The position numbers were made by a program, and so were the translations under genes. This document shows positions 1 through 10,134 of a stretch of 34,696 bases of DNA, one piece after another. Within the stretch, counting starts at the first letter, position 1. Every line of letters starts with the position of its first letter. Under the pieces are notes generated by a model. That model was not told the DNA's origin, did not search any database, and saw only the letters and a list, made by a program, of their open reading frames with translations. The stretch is from assembly GCA_965649055.1 (NCBI GenBank), contig CBFGJG010000020.1:1-34696 (forward strand), given 5' to 3'. Source of the DNA: a candidate division WOR-3 bacterium. Its GTDB lineage: Bacteria; Hydrothermota; UBA3072; B12-G15.

Positions 1-1
1 C

Positions 2-121
2 TTTATAAAGAAAATATCCAACATATTCAGGTATATCAATAGGTGTGTTATTTAGTTCTTCCTCTTTAAAACATCCAAATAAAAGAACAAAAAGAACAAA
101 ATATTTTTTATTTATTCGCAA
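2..121 (-). CDS. 5' part of a lipoprotein paralogous to 108..1256 (runs off the window edge)
   Basis: Manual translation from TTG at 121: MRINKKYFVLFVLLFGCFKEEELNNTPIDIPEYVGYFLYK. It has lipobox LFGC and near-identity to the EEELNNKPIDIPEYV segment of the upstream gene. Not in the ORF track. Confidence 0.8.
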   Translation of the reverse strand, partial: MRINKKYFVLFVLLFGCFKEEELNNTPIDIPEYVGYFLYK

Positions 122-1256
122 TAATCCTTGTCCCAATTATTTCTCCTTCTCCAAATTTCAAAATCTTTAGCACCTCGTCTGTATTGGGGTCTATTACAGA
201 TATTTTCTTTTCATACGCTGAAAAAACATATACCTTATTTAAAGATGGCAAGTAAGTCATTAAAAAAGGTCCGTATATTCCACAATCCATCTTCTTTAAA
301 AATTCATCATTAGTCCCATCAAATACATAGATATATTTATCATCTATTCTGTGTCCATCCTGACCTGAACAAATAGAATATGAGACATAGATTTTGTTAT
401 TAGGAATGGTTAAAAGAGATCTTGCTGCACCTACCATCTTCAATGGAAGTGGAATATATCGTAATATCTGTAAAGAAGGAAATTTATAAACAACTACACA
501 ATGTTCTACTTCTTCATTCTCATCAGGTTTTACCCTCGTGCATTTTGCATAGAGTTTCTCATTAGATAAAAACTGAAATGCATCCACCCTTATTCTGTCT
601 CCATTGTATTGGTCCTCAAATTCAAGAACCTCTCCAAGTGTATCAACATCAGGATAAAATTTTACAAGCATATTATGGGGATAAAATGGAGAAGTCCAAA
701 GCCTTGATTTATATACCCATACCTCACTATCAGGTGAAATAGCTAACTCATCATATCCAGCACCCCCTAAGTTCGTTATTAATTTTTTCCTGTATGTGAA
801 ACTTTTTAAATCTATCACTGAATTTACACAGGCTGAATCCCCTGAAATTTTGAAACCATGAACAATGAAAGCTTCATCATTAGGAATAGATAAAATACTA
901 CCACCACCAATAGCAGGAGTTTTCAACTCACCTATTATTTCTCCTTTTTCAGCATCAAATTTACGCACATATGAGGATGTCTGTAATATGAAAAATAAAT
1001 ATCTGTCATCATAAAGACAGAAATCAACTACCCATTCCCCTTTTTTTGATACTTGATGTATCCCTAAAACAGAATCTTTTTGTGTATCTATTACAACTAT
1101 ATAATCTTTAGCTGAATTATCTTCACCAGCCCTGAACAATGCATAACAAACATATTCTGGAATATCTATTGGTTTATTGTTAAGTTCTTCTTCCTTTTGA
1201 CAATTAAAACATCCAAATAATGTTAATATAATCAATATTACAAATACATTCCTCAT
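108..1256 (-). CDS. Lipoprotein with YncE/YVTN-like beta-propeller
   Basis: Lipobox LFGC. Repeated KIYV/VSVIDP-T-EV-type blade motifs. Start moved to ATG 1256 (MRNVF) behind SD GGAGGAG. Confidence 0.7.
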   Translation of the reverse strand: MRNVFVILIILTLFGCFNCQKEEELNNKPIDIPEYVCYALFRAGEDNSAKDYIVVIDTQKDSVLGIHQVSKKGEWVVDFCLYDDRYLFFILQTSSYVRKFDAEKGEIIGELKTPAIGGGSILSIPNDEAFIVHGFKISGDSACVNSVIDLKSFTYRKKLITNLGGAGYDELAISPDSEVWVYKSRLWTSPFYPHNMLVKFYPDVDTLGEVLEFEDQYNGDRIRVDAFQFLSNEKLYAKCTRVKPDENEEVEHCVVVYKFPSLQILRYIPLPLKMVGAARSLLTIPNNKIYVSYSICSGQDGHRIDDKYIYVFDGTNDEFLKKMDCGIYGPFLMTYLPSLNKVYVFSAYEKKISVIDPNTDEVLKILKFGEGEIIGTRIIANK

Positions 1257-1272
1257 ATTCTCCTCCAAAGAT

Positions 1273-1297
1273 AAAGAGGGGGTTTACCCCCCTCTTT
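1273..1297. terminator. Intergenic hairpin (intrinsic terminator or mRNA-stability stem)
   Basis: AAAGAGGGGG-TTTAC-CCCCCTCTTT, a 10-bp stem directly after the stop of 1297..2373. Confidence 0.6.
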
Positions 1298-2373
1298 TAA
1301 TCAAAACTCGCTGTTATTTGTTTAGTAATTGGACTCATCATAAGCTCCCTTGGGGTTGGACTCCTTAAAACAAAATGGTCAAAATAAAAACCCATAAAAC
1401 TTACTCCCTGAACAAAATAAGACCTCCACACCAAGGATGTACAACACCATTTGTCTGTATAGAACTTATAAGTCCATGTTAAGTAACTATAAGGATCAGG
1501 ATCCTGTTCATCTGCATATGCAACTGCACCAGCCTTTGCATACTCGCCACATTTTATAGAATCTATAATGCAGCAGGCATATCCACTTTTCCAGAAATGC
1601 CATCTTGCAAACTGAACACCTTTTCCATTCCCATCACAATCATCTGGATGTGCATGGATTGTTGCAGCAGGTTTATAGGGATCTGTAGTTTGAAATCTTG
1701 CAAGACCATCATGTGTTATTGTATAAACTCCAGGTGCTGGCCTATGTCCAGATGTGATAAGGTAACCTTTCTTCGCCTTAGTAAAATCTATATTATTTCC
1801 TGAAACGAAAACAGGACCTATCACAATCTCCTCAATCCTCTTCATCGTCTCTTCATCAGGTAATATAGGATAATATGGGTCAACAAGGACGATTGAATCT
1901 CCTCTATCATCTATTAATGTCTCCGGTTCTGGTGGATTCGCTAATGCTAAACTTATCTTGTATTCACAATAAATATTTAAATTTATATAACTCCCAGGTG
2001 AACCCGCAAGCCTCACCTTTAATATGTTCGTGTTCTGTGGTAATACTATCCTCTTCTCTATAACCTCAACATCCTGATTAAACTCAGATGGTGAAAATAT
2101 CTCTTCTTCATTTAACCATATCCTCGCTGATGTCACCCTCTTATCACCATTTATCACCTCAAATATCATTGTATCAATAGGTCCTTCTATCGTATCAATG
2201 AACTCATTCGGTTGACCTTGTGTCCTCTCATACCTTAAGCTATAAATATTCATTTTTATAACATTACCTAATGTTTGATAACCATCACCTTCAAGTGCTT
2301 TAAATCCATTCATAACCTTATTTTCACAACCAAATATTAATATAATCAATATTAAAATCAATATTTTTTTCAT
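1297..2373 (-). CDS. Lipoprotein with C-terminal permuted papain-like NlpC/P60 (YiiX/YebB-like) domain
   Basis: Lipobox IFGC. His-before-Cys order: THDGL ... TIHA..GKGV ... AVAYA.EQ..PYSY ... WCCTSLVWRSY ... PTPREL, resembling the HxGI/YCSELVWxAY pattern of the family. Confidence 0.6.
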   Translation of the reverse strand: MKKILILILIILIFGCENKVMNGFKALEGDGYQTLGNVIKMNIYSLRYERTQGQPNEFIDTIEGPIDTMIFEVINGDKRVTSARIWLNEEEIFSPSEFNQDVEVIEKRIVLPQNTNILKVRLAGSPGSYINLNIYCEYKISLALANPPEPETLIDDRGDSIVLVDPYYPILPDEETMKRIEEIVIGPVFVSGNNIDFTKAKKGYLITSGHRPAPGVYTITHDGLARFQTTDPYKPAATIHAHPDDCDGNGKGVQFARWHFWKSGYACCIIDSIKCGEYAKAGAVAYADEQDPDPYSYLTWTYKFYTDKWCCTSLVWRSYFVQGVSFMGFYFDHFVLRSPTPRELMMSPITKQITASFD

Positions 2374-2533
2374 TCAAACCTCCTTTTTAATGTTACTAAA
2401 TTAACTAAAATTTTAAAAATATTTCTTTCACCCTCTGCACCAATCTATGATGCAAAGGGTATATTCAAACAAATTTTAATCTCCTGAATATTTTAAATAT
2501 CTTTAGATTTATCTTAAAAAGACAGTATTTAAC

Positions 2534-2550
2534 GAGAGAGAGAGAGAGAG
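2534..2550. repeat. (GA)8G dinucleotide microsatellite in the 5' leader of the lipoprotein cluster
   Basis: gagagagagagagagag read directly from the sequence. Confidence 0.9.
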
Positions 2551-2591
2551 TTTAATCTATGATTAATTTTTCTAAAAATAACCATAATTTA

Positions 2592-2619
2592 TTTATAATA
2601 AAAAATAAAAATTTGTCAA
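2592..2619 (-). promoter_or_regulatory. Sigma70-type promoter for the lipoprotein cluster
   Basis: TTGACA (2619-2614), 16-nt spacer, TATAAA (2597-2592). Confidence 0.55.
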
Positions 2620-2636
2620 TAGTTCAATGATAAATT

Positions 2637-2660
2637 TGTCAAATGTCAAGACCTGACACC
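2637..2660 (-). repeat. 24-bp dispersed motif GGTGTCAGGTCTTGACATTTGACA, copy 1 (inverted)
   Basis: Exact reverse complement of the copies at 8873 and 10111. With flanks, 29 bp are identical to the 10111 copy. Confidence 0.9.
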
Positions 2661-2670
2661 ATTACATCAC

Positions 2671-2698
2671 TTGACTTTTTTTGTTTTGTTCTTATATT
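2671..2698 (+). promoter_or_regulatory. Sigma70-type promoter for the phasin-like/ubiB genes
   Basis: TTGACT-N16-TATATT, then SD AAGGGAGG before ATG 2717. Confidence 0.5.
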
Positions 2699-2716
2699 TT
2701 TAAAAAGGGAGGTTAT

Positions 2717-2989
2717 ATGGGATTTATAAAAAATACTATACTTTTCAGTTTAGGGCTTATGAATGTAAGTAAGGAAAAGGCTAAAATAATCTGTGAGGAA
2801 CTCATAAAAGAAGGCGAAAGAGTAAAGGAAGAAAATGAATTCCTGAAGAAGAACTGGGATAAAGTAGAACATTTCTCGGATAATATAGGTGAAATACCCA
2901 AGATAATAACAAAGAAGGTTTTTGTTGAGACAATGGATATTATTGATAATTTAAAAAAAAGATTCAGTGATTATGTAAAAGAGACATAA
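2717..2989 (+). CDS. Small phasin/PhaF-like helical protein
   Basis: LFSLGL..SKEKA.IC.ELIKEGE pattern. Its position upstream of an ABC1 kinase is a common arrangement. ATG 2717 has an SD. Confidence 0.6.
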   Translation: MGFIKNTILFSLGLMNVSKEKAKIICEELIKEGERVKEENEFLKKNWDKVEHFSDNIGEIPKIITKKVFVETMDIIDNLKKRFSDYVKET

Positions 2990-2997
2990 AATTTTTA

Positions 2998-4584
2998 ATG
3001 TTTAGATTCAGTAGATATTTCAAAAGATACATCAATATAAGTAAAATAATCTTTAAATATGGTTTTGGTGGTTTCTTTAAGAATTTCCATCTTGCGTTTA
3101 TACTTGCAAGGATAGGGATAAAAAAGAAATACGAAAGAATAACATTCCCTGAAAGGGTGAGGATGGCACTTGAAGAACTTGGACCTACATTTATTAAAAT
3201 AGGACAGATTGCATCTTCAAGGACTGATATACTTCCACCGGAATTCACAGAAGAGCTCTCAAAATTACAGGATGAAGTAAAACCTGTTAGATTTGAAGAA
3301 GTTGAGAAGGTGATAAAGAAGGAATTGGGTGATGTAAACAGGATTTTTGAAGATTTTAATCCAAATCCAATAGGTTCAGCATCCATTGCTCAGGTTTATC
3401 TTGCAAAATATAAAGGTAGATATGTAATTGTTAAAGTGAGAAGACCCAATGTTGAGAACATAATCGAACAGGATTTGTTTATCCTAAGAATATTATTCAG
3501 GGCAATCGAAAGAAATATACCGTTTTTAAGGGAAAGAAATCTTGATAAGATTCTTGAAACATTTGAAAGGACAATCCTTAAGGAACTTGATTTCATTATT
3601 GAAGCAAACAATGTTGAAAGATTCAGGGAGTTATTCAAAGATGATAAGGAGATTTATATCCCAAAGGTTTATCCTGAACTTACAACAAAATCTGTTCTTG
3701 TTCAGGAATACATAGATGGGACCAAGATAGATGAGATTGAGAAATTAAAAGAAAGAGGAATAAATCTAAAAAAAATTGCCGAGAATGGTGCAAGGTTATA
3801 TATGAAGCAGATACTTATTTTCGGATTCTTTCATGCAGACCCGCATCCTGGAAATATATTTGTAATGGATGATGGAACACTTGTCCCCATTGATTTTGGT
3901 ATGATTGGTAGATTATCCATTCAGATGAAAAGAAATATTCAGGAATTCATAATAGGAATAGTTGAAAGGGATCCAGAAAGACTTGTCCGTGCACTTTTAA
4001 AAATAGGTCTTTTTGATGTGAAGATAGATAAAGAATCAATAAAAGAAGATATACTTTACATACTTGATAAATTCGAAGGAAGAAAACTTCAGGATATTAC
4101 AGTTAAGGATTTTCTTACAGACATAATGAAGGTGGTTAGAAAATACGATATAAGGATTCCAGAAGATTTACTTTATCTTGGAAAGACAATATCACAGATA
4201 GAATCAATAGGAAAGGAACTTGACCCTGAATTTAATGCTATTGAATTCATCAGAAGATTTGCGAGGGAAAACAGATTAACATTCATTTCTATCAAAGAGA
4301 CATTAAAAGAAAAGAAATGGTGGTTTATCGATATGTTCAATATGATTATGGACTTACCCGGAACTATGAAAAGTGTGGAAGAAAAGTTAAATAAATTTAT
4401 GGATTCAGGGATGATTAAAAGGGAAGATAATAAAAAAATATATAAGATATTGAGTGCATTTGGTATAATGTCTTTATCAATGTTTTTATTTTATTTTTCC
4501 AGAATCCCCGAGATAAAAATATTATCAATTTTTGGACTTATTCTTTCATCAATAATATTTATGACAGAAATCTTCAGAAGGTAA
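2998..4584 (+). CDS. ubiB: AarF/UbiB/ABC1 family atypical kinase
   Basis: ELGPTFIKIGQ, SASIAQVY, VKVRRP, FFHADPHPGN and IDFG motifs, plus two C-terminal TM helices. Confidence 0.9.
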   Translation: MFRFSRYFKRYINISKIIFKYGFGGFFKNFHLAFILARIGIKKKYERITFPERVRMALEELGPTFIKIGQIASSRTDILPPEFTEELSKLQDEVKPVRFEEVEKVIKKELGDVNRIFEDFNPNPIGSASIAQVYLAKYKGRYVIVKVRRPNVENIIEQDLFILRILFRAIERNIPFLRERNLDKILETFERTILKELDFIIEANNVERFRELFKDDKEIYIPKVYPELTTKSVLVQEYIDGTKIDEIEKLKERGINLKKIAENGARLYMKQILIFGFFHADPHPGNIFVMDDGTLVPIDFGMIGRLSIQMKRNIQEFIIGIVERDPERLVRALLKIGLFDVKIDKESIKEDILYILDKFEGRKLQDITVKDFLTDIMKVVRKYDIRIPEDLLYLGKTISQIESIGKELDPEFNAIEFIRRFARENRLTFISIKETLKEKKWWFIDMFNMIMDLPGTMKSVEEKLNKFMDSGMIKREDNKKIYKILSAFGIMSLSMFLFYFSRIPEIKILSIFGLILSSIIFMTEIFRR

Positions 4585-5935
4585 GTTTTTTTATGGTTAA
4601 CCTTCCCCATGTAAAACCGAGTATAGAACCACAGAAATTCCCAAATACAACACCAATCCAGACACCAATTAGATTCATTCTCAATAGAAATCCAAATAGA
4701 TAACTAAAAATTATCTGGAATACAATTGTCCTTAAAAAAGTTACAACAAAAGATTTTTCACCCTGTTTTATCCCCTGGAACATTGCAGATGTCAACATAC
4801 CAAGCGGTGTTGTTGGAAGAAAGAAAACAAGTATCCTCATAGCAATAACAAGTGGTTTTAATATGTCTTTTGATGCCTTCGAAAAGGTAAAAAGAAAAGA
4901 TATCTGCCTTGCAAATATCAATATGAAAAAAAGGACAACAAACTCAATCAATAAACCTATTTTAATAGCGAACATATAACCTGTATTTAATTTCTCCTTA
5001 TCCTTCGCACCGAATGCAGCACCAACCACAGCAGTAACACCTGTTGCTATTCCTAAAAGAGGAATTGTCCCGATAGTTATTATCCTCCATGCAGTCGTGA
5101 ATACTGCTATACCCTGTGAACCACCAAGGGAAATAATGATTCTATTAAGGATAAATATTGAGATAGACATCGTTAACTGTATAAATGAAGAAGGTATTCC
5201 AACCCTTAAAATTTCAATAAAAAGTTTTTTATCTATTCTAAAATCCTTTCTTGAAATCCTGACATATGTATCCTTTTTTATGAATATAAAATATGTAAGA
5301 ATTATGCAAGAGATAAATATTGATAATACTGTTGCATAAGCAGCACCTGCTACACCAAGTCTAAATTTATATATGAATACAGGGTCTAAAATCACATTCA
5401 GGACTGAACCTGAAACCATTGCATACATAGACCTTTTTGTATCACCTTCACCCCTTAAGATTCCACCTGCAATGTTTGAATAAACTATAAATAATGAGAA
5501 TGATATTATAATCCTTGCATATGTTAAGGTTATTTTCAGAACATTACCCGAAGCACCTATCAATATAAGAATAAACCTTATAACAGGAAATAAAAGGAAT
5601 GTTATTCCAAGACCAACTATTATTCCAAGTATAAAAGAGTTCATTGCAGCAAGGCTTGCAAGTTCCTTATTCCTTTCCCCAATCTTTCTTGATATTGCAG
5701 AACTTCCACCAACACTCAAACCAGATGCAAGTGATATTATAATCATATTTATAGGGAAGAATAATCCAATTGCTGCAAGTGCATCTGTCCCGATACCTGA
5801 AACCCATACAGCATCTGCAATGTTGTAAAGTGATTGTGTTAACATAGCAATCACCATAGGACCTGATAATTTCAATATTGCCTTCTTTGGGTCTCCAAGG
5901 AGTATCTTTACACCTTTAGTATATTCTTCACTCAT
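4574..5935 (-). CDS. MATE family efflux transporter
   Basis: About 12 TM helices, with LYNIADAVWV, RGEGDTK and NVILDPVFI motifs. ATG 5935 overlaps the upstream stop (TAATG). Confidence 0.9.
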   Translation of the reverse strand: MSEEYTKGVKILLGDPKKAILKLSGPMVIAMLTQSLYNIADAVWVSGIGTDALAAIGLFFPINMIIISLASGLSVGGSSAISRKIGERNKELASLAAMNSFILGIIVGLGITFLLFPVIRFILILIGASGNVLKITLTYARIIISFSLFIVYSNIAGGILRGEGDTKRSMYAMVSGSVLNVILDPVFIYKFRLGVAGAAYATVLSIFISCIILTYFIFIKKDTYVRISRKDFRIDKKLFIEILRVGIPSSFIQLTMSISIFILNRIIISLGGSQGIAVFTTAWRIITIGTIPLLGIATGVTAVVGAAFGAKDKEKLNTGYMFAIKIGLLIEFVVLFFILIFARQISFLFTFSKASKDILKPLVIAMRILVFFLPTTPLGMLTSAMFQGIKQGEKSFVVTFLRTIVFQIIFSYLFGFLLRMNLIGVWIGVVFGNFCGSILGFTWGRLTIKKLTF

Positions 5936-8133
5936 TAGAATTGTATCTTGAAACCTCCTACTAACATAAATGCCCACTGGTAGTATTCTGTTATCTTTTT
6001 ATTTTCAAAATCCCATCCGTATAAACTTATATTTTTTCTGTTATAAACATTGTTTGCTTCCCAATACCATTCTATTGTAAATTTCTTATGGTATTCCCTT
6101 CTTGATAACCTTAAATCAAGCCTGTGATAAGGTGGATATTCTCTTAATGCTGTGTAATCCCTTATGAGTCTATCTTCTGTTGCAGTCCTTAAAGAATCAA
6201 TCGGATAATAGTATTTCCCCTTTGAATATTCAAATTTAGCACCAAATTCAAAATCCTTTGGAAGACTGATACCAATATTTGATTTGAAGATATGGGTCGG
6301 TGTAAACACTGATTTTAACAGTATTCCTGTATCAAGTGCAAAAAACCTTGTATCTATGAAAGAATAGCATATATTCGAATAAAAGTTCTTCGAGTATTTT
6401 TTATGTATATTAAAGTCAATTCCCCTTGAATGACCATAACCTTCTGAAACCATTGGATTGAAGTTTATAAAACCTTCATAAGATGCACCTTCATTTATTA
6501 AAATCCTTGTTGAATCTTCTGTATCAACTGGATAATCTTCATAATATTTATAATAACCTTCAAGGGATAATTTCGTATCTTCAAAAAGAAGATATGAAAG
6601 CCCTAAAATATAATGTGTGCATTTCAAATCTTCAAGATTCTTATTCTCTTCATTTGATGTAAGCCAGATAAGAACAGGATTCTGATAGTATATTCCATAT
6701 GCAAGTGATAGATTTATCTTCCTTGAAATATCATAAGATAAACTGAATCTTGGTGATAGATTATAATCCCCTGTGTAATCAAAGTAAGAAAACCTTAAAC
6801 CTGCATTAAGAATTAATCCTTTTAATCTCTTTGAGATTTGAATATAATAACCTAAAGAATAGGATTTATCTTTTTTATTCACAACAGTATCAAGACCAGT
6901 TGAATCCTCGTATGTTATCCAGTGTTTCCATCTTTTGTAATCAAAATCAAGTCCGGTTTTGAAATCAAAAAATGCAAGATAATTGAAATTTAATATAAAT
7001 GGAAAATGTTCTTCAAAAGAATTGTTATTATAATTCCATGGTTTTTCACCAGTGTATTCAGTTGATACAACATAAAGTGGTCTTGAATATCCAAAAGATG
7101 AATTTATTAATCCTTTTGAAAAGACCTTCCTATAATTTATTCCGACCACTTCTTCATTGAATCTGTCAAATATACTTATATTTCCTGTATCTCCAGCAGT
7201 AATTTCTATCCAGCTTCTGCCACCAAGGAATAGAAGGTTTATCTCATCATTCTTTGATAATGGATATGTTAATTTACCTTGAACATCGTAATACTGTGGA
7301 ACACCACCATATTCGAATGAGCCCAGTTTACTTATTAAATCAAGGAAACTCCTCCGTGCAGAGAAAAGATATCTTATTTTTCCTATGTATCCATCAAGAT
7401 TTATTCCAGCACCTGACATAGATAAATCAAAAAGATAATTTCTCCTTTCCATATCACCTTTTTTGTATTCTATATTAACCACAGAAGATAAAGCATTACC
7501 ATATTCTGCGTTGAATCCACCACTTAGGAATTTAAGACTGCTTATGAATGATGAATTTATAATACCTATAGTTCCACCGCTTGTTCCCATTGCCTGAAAA
7601 TGGCTTAATGATGGAACAGGTATATTATCAAGGAGGTAAAGATTTTCATTCGGTGAACCACCACGGACAACGATATCATTCCTGTCATCTGATGCATTGA
7701 ATACACCTGCCATAGTCTGAACCATCCTTGAAACATCTTCAGCAGCACCTGTTGTTCTTATAATTTCTTCCTTAGAAAATTCAGTTCCAGATATAACTTC
7801 TTCCTTTGGGGGGAAATAAGATGAAGAAACTGTTATTCCTCCAAGGATAATTGGTGTTGATTTCAATCTCACTTCAAGATATTCAACCCTGCTTGCTTTA
7901 ACCACAATATAAGGGACTTTTAATTGTTCGTATCCTATCATAGAGAATACAACTGTTTGTATTCCCACAGGAACATTTTCAATTATAAATTCACCATTAT
8001 CATCTGTTGCTGCACCTATGTTTGTATTCTCAATCACAACATTCACACTGAAAATTGGTGTCTTTCCATCTTCGTCAAAAACCTTTCCCTTTATTACACC
8101 TGTAAGGGAAGAAAAAAGAATTAAAATTAACAT
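5935..8133 (-). CDS. TonB-dependent receptor with N-terminal carboxypeptidase-regulatory-like domain
   Basis: G.IKGKV.D...TDDNGEF N-domain, plug motif VRGGSPNENLYLLD, RLDLR..NVYNRKN, and C-terminal Phe. Confidence 0.9.
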   Translation of the reverse strand: MLILILFSSLTGVIKGKVFDEDGKTPIFSVNVVIENTNIGAATDDNGEFIIENVPVGIQTVVFSMIGYEQLKVPYIVVKASRVEYLEVRLKSTPIILGGITVSSSYFPPKEEVISGTEFSKEEIIRTTGAAEDVSRMVQTMAGVFNASDDRNDIVVRGGSPNENLYLLDNIPVPSLSHFQAMGTSGGTIGIINSSFISSLKFLSGGFNAEYGNALSSVVNIEYKKGDMERRNYLFDLSMSGAGINLDGYIGKIRYLFSARRSFLDLISKLGSFEYGGVPQYYDVQGKLTYPLSKNDEINLLFLGGRSWIEITAGDTGNISIFDRFNEEVVGINYRKVFSKGLINSSFGYSRPLYVVSTEYTGEKPWNYNNNSFEEHFPFILNFNYLAFFDFKTGLDFDYKRWKHWITYEDSTGLDTVVNKKDKSYSLGYYIQISKRLKGLILNAGLRFSYFDYTGDYNLSPRFSLSYDISRKINLSLAYGIYYQNPVLIWLTSNEENKNLEDLKCTHYILGLSYLLFEDTKLSLEGYYKYYEDYPVDTEDSTRILINEGASYEGFINFNPMVSEGYGHSRGIDFNIHKKYSKNFYSNICYSFIDTRFFALDTGILLKSVFTPTHIFKSNIGISLPKDFEFGAKFEYSKGKYYYPIDSLRTATEDRLIRDYTALREYPPYHRLDLRLSRREYHKKFTIEWYWEANNVYNRKNISLYGWDFENKKITEYYQWAFMLVGGFKIQF

Positions 8134-8255
8134 AGTTTTCTCCTTTTTCGTTTATGATATATGAAAAATAAAAAAAATAAAGAAAAAAATTAAATCCTGT
8201 TTTGCTATTGCGAAATTCAAAAAAAATCTTAAATTATATTAGAAAGGAGGAATAT

Positions 8256-8867
8256 ATGGACAGGAAAGATTTAAAAGAAGAATATCCATTCCATATCAGA
8301 TTGGGATTATTGATAACGCTCATAGGCTGGATATGTGCATTCATATTCATTCCAAAATCCAAAATAATTGAATATGAAGAAAAATTTCCGGAATCAATCA
8401 GGATTGATTATATAACACAGAAATTGAACAAATTCGTTGAACCACTCCCTCCACCAAGGCCTAAGATCCCTGTTGCTGCAAAGACAGATGAAGAGATAGA
8501 AGCAACAACTATTGATAAGACGGGATTTGATATTGTTGATAAAGAACCTGTAATAGAAGAAGAGCCGCCACCATTTGTTGAATATGATAAGAAACCAGAG
8601 CCTTTAAATTTACATGAGATAACAAAGGAATTGGTTTATCCTGAGATAGCGAAGAAATTAAGGATTGAAGGGGTTGTTATACTGAATATCTGGGTGGATA
8701 AGAATGGTGATGTAAGAAAGGTGAAGGTTTTAAAAGGCGTATATCCTGAACTTGATTCAATTGCAGTGAAGGCATGTTATAAACTGAAATTTTCACCAGC
8801 AATGAATAGGGATATTCCAGTCTCAGTCTGGGTCTCAATGCCTATAAGGTTTAAACTGGAGAAATAA
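8256..8867 (+). CDS. tonB: Energy transducer TonB
   Basis: N-terminal TM, Pro-rich linker, YPEIA...IEGVV and KFSPA in the TonB C-domain. SD AAGGAGG before ATG 8256. Confidence 0.88.
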   Translation: MDRKDLKEEYPFHIRLGLLITLIGWICAFIFIPKSKIIEYEEKFPESIRIDYITQKLNKFVEPLPPPRPKIPVAAKTDEEIEATTIDKTGFDIVDKEPVIEEEPPPFVEYDKKPEPLNLHEITKELVYPEIAKKLRIEGVVILNIWVDKNGDVRKVKVLKGVYPELDSIAVKACYKLKFSPAMNRDIPVSVWVSMPIRFKLEK

Positions 8868-8872
8868 CTTGC

Positions 8873-8896
8873 GGTGTCAGGTCTTGACATTTGACA
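8873..8896 (+). repeat. 24-bp dispersed motif, copy 2
   Basis: GGTGTCAGGTCTTGACATTTGACA, 5 nt after the tonB stop. Confidence 0.9.
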
Positions 8897-8998
8897 TTTT
8901 TAAAAAATATACATCACAAATATTTCAAAGTTAATTACTAACAATTCAAAGTCCTTAATAACTTTAGAAAATTAACTATTATATAATCTCAATTATCA

Positions 8999-9026
8999 TT
9001 GACTTTTTTTTAATTTTTCTTATAAA
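8999..9026 (+). promoter_or_regulatory. Sigma70-type promoter for the YCF48-like gene
   Basis: TTGACT-N16-TATAAA, then SD AGGAGG. Confidence 0.5.
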
Positions 9027-9047
9027 TTATAAAAAACAGGAGGATTT

Positions 9048-10109
9048 ATGAGAAAAATGTTGTTACTGTTTGTTTTTAGTGTTTGTTTATTACCTGAGGA
9101 ATTTATTTTTATAAAAAAAACAGAAGGAACAAAGGCATTTTTCTTTATTGATGAAAAGACAGGCTGGATAATTAAAAACGATGTTGATAGAGAGATAAAT
9201 TTATTGACTGATTCAAAATTACTTTATACAGAAGATGGTGGTAAAAATTGGAAGGTTCTGATAGAATGGTCTTCACCATATGACGATGATGGTGGAAAGA
9301 AATCTAAGGCTTTCCAGATTCCTTATGGAATGGAAGAATTAGGGAATCTCTTCTTTTTTAATAAAAAAAAAGGATTTGTCCTATCAAACAGAAACATTTA
9401 CAAAACTGAAAATGGTGGTAAATCCTGGATTTATGAATATGATTATGAAAAGAGGCTACAAGGGATATATCATAATATTTATTTTATAAATGAAGAAAAG
9501 GGTTTTCTTTGCGGAGCAAAGGCATCAATAGCAATGACAGAAGATGGTGGCAAAACATGGGAAGAGAAGAGTTTTACTGATGATAGTTATATTTATCTTT
9601 TAAAGATATTTTTTATTGATGCTAATTCTGGATTTGTTATTGGTAAATCTGAATTTACAGGTGGTTCTTCAATAATTTTAAGGACAAATGATGGTGGTAA
9701 AAACTGGATTGCAGATACTGTGGAGGAAATAGAGGATATTCATCCATTCGGTGGTTTAAATGATATCTTCTTCTTTGATACATTGGAAGGGTTCATTGTT
9801 ACCGAAAGAGGAGATGTTTATAAGACTATAGATGGGATGAAGACATTCAATTTAATCACAATTGATGAGGAATTTTACGGAGAATCTATAATTTTCATTG
9901 ATAAGAATAATGGTTTTGTTTGTGGTTATAAATATGATTTGGGAACGGGTGAAGAAAACGGTTTTGTCTACAAAACTAAAGATGGCGGGAATAAATGGGA
10001 AAGAATTTTTAAAACAAAGGAACCAATAAGGAAGATTCAATATATAAAAGATAAGAACATAATCATTTTTGGCGGCGATTCAGGTATTTATATTTACAAG
10101 ATAAAATAA
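9048..10109 (+). CDS. Secreted YCF48/BNR (Asp-box) repeat beta-propeller protein
   Basis: Signal peptide and six T-x-(D/N)-G-G-K-x-W-type repeats, each preceded by an F.D...G(F/W) strand. Confidence 0.85.
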   Translation: MRKMLLLFVFSVCLLPEEFIFIKKTEGTKAFFFIDEKTGWIIKNDVDREINLLTDSKLLYTEDGGKNWKVLIEWSSPYDDDGGKKSKAFQIPYGMEELGNLFFFNKKKGFVLSNRNIYKTENGGKSWIYEYDYEKRLQGIYHNIYFINEEKGFLCGAKASIAMTEDGGKTWEEKSFTDDSYIYLLKIFFIDANSGFVIGKSEFTGGSSIILRTNDGGKNWIADTVEEIEDIHPFGGLNDIFFFDTLEGFIVTERGDVYKTIDGMKTFNLITIDEEFYGESIIFIDKNNGFVCGYKYDLGTGEENGFVYKTKDGGNKWERIFKTKEPIRKIQYIKDKNIIIFGGDSGIYIYKIK

Positions 10110-10110
10110 T

Positions 10111-10134
10111 GGTGTCAGGTCTTGACATTTGACA
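10111..10134 (+). repeat. 24-bp dispersed motif, copy 3
   Basis: GGTGTCAGGTCTTGACATTTGACA, 1 nt after the YCF48-like stop. Confidence 0.9.
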
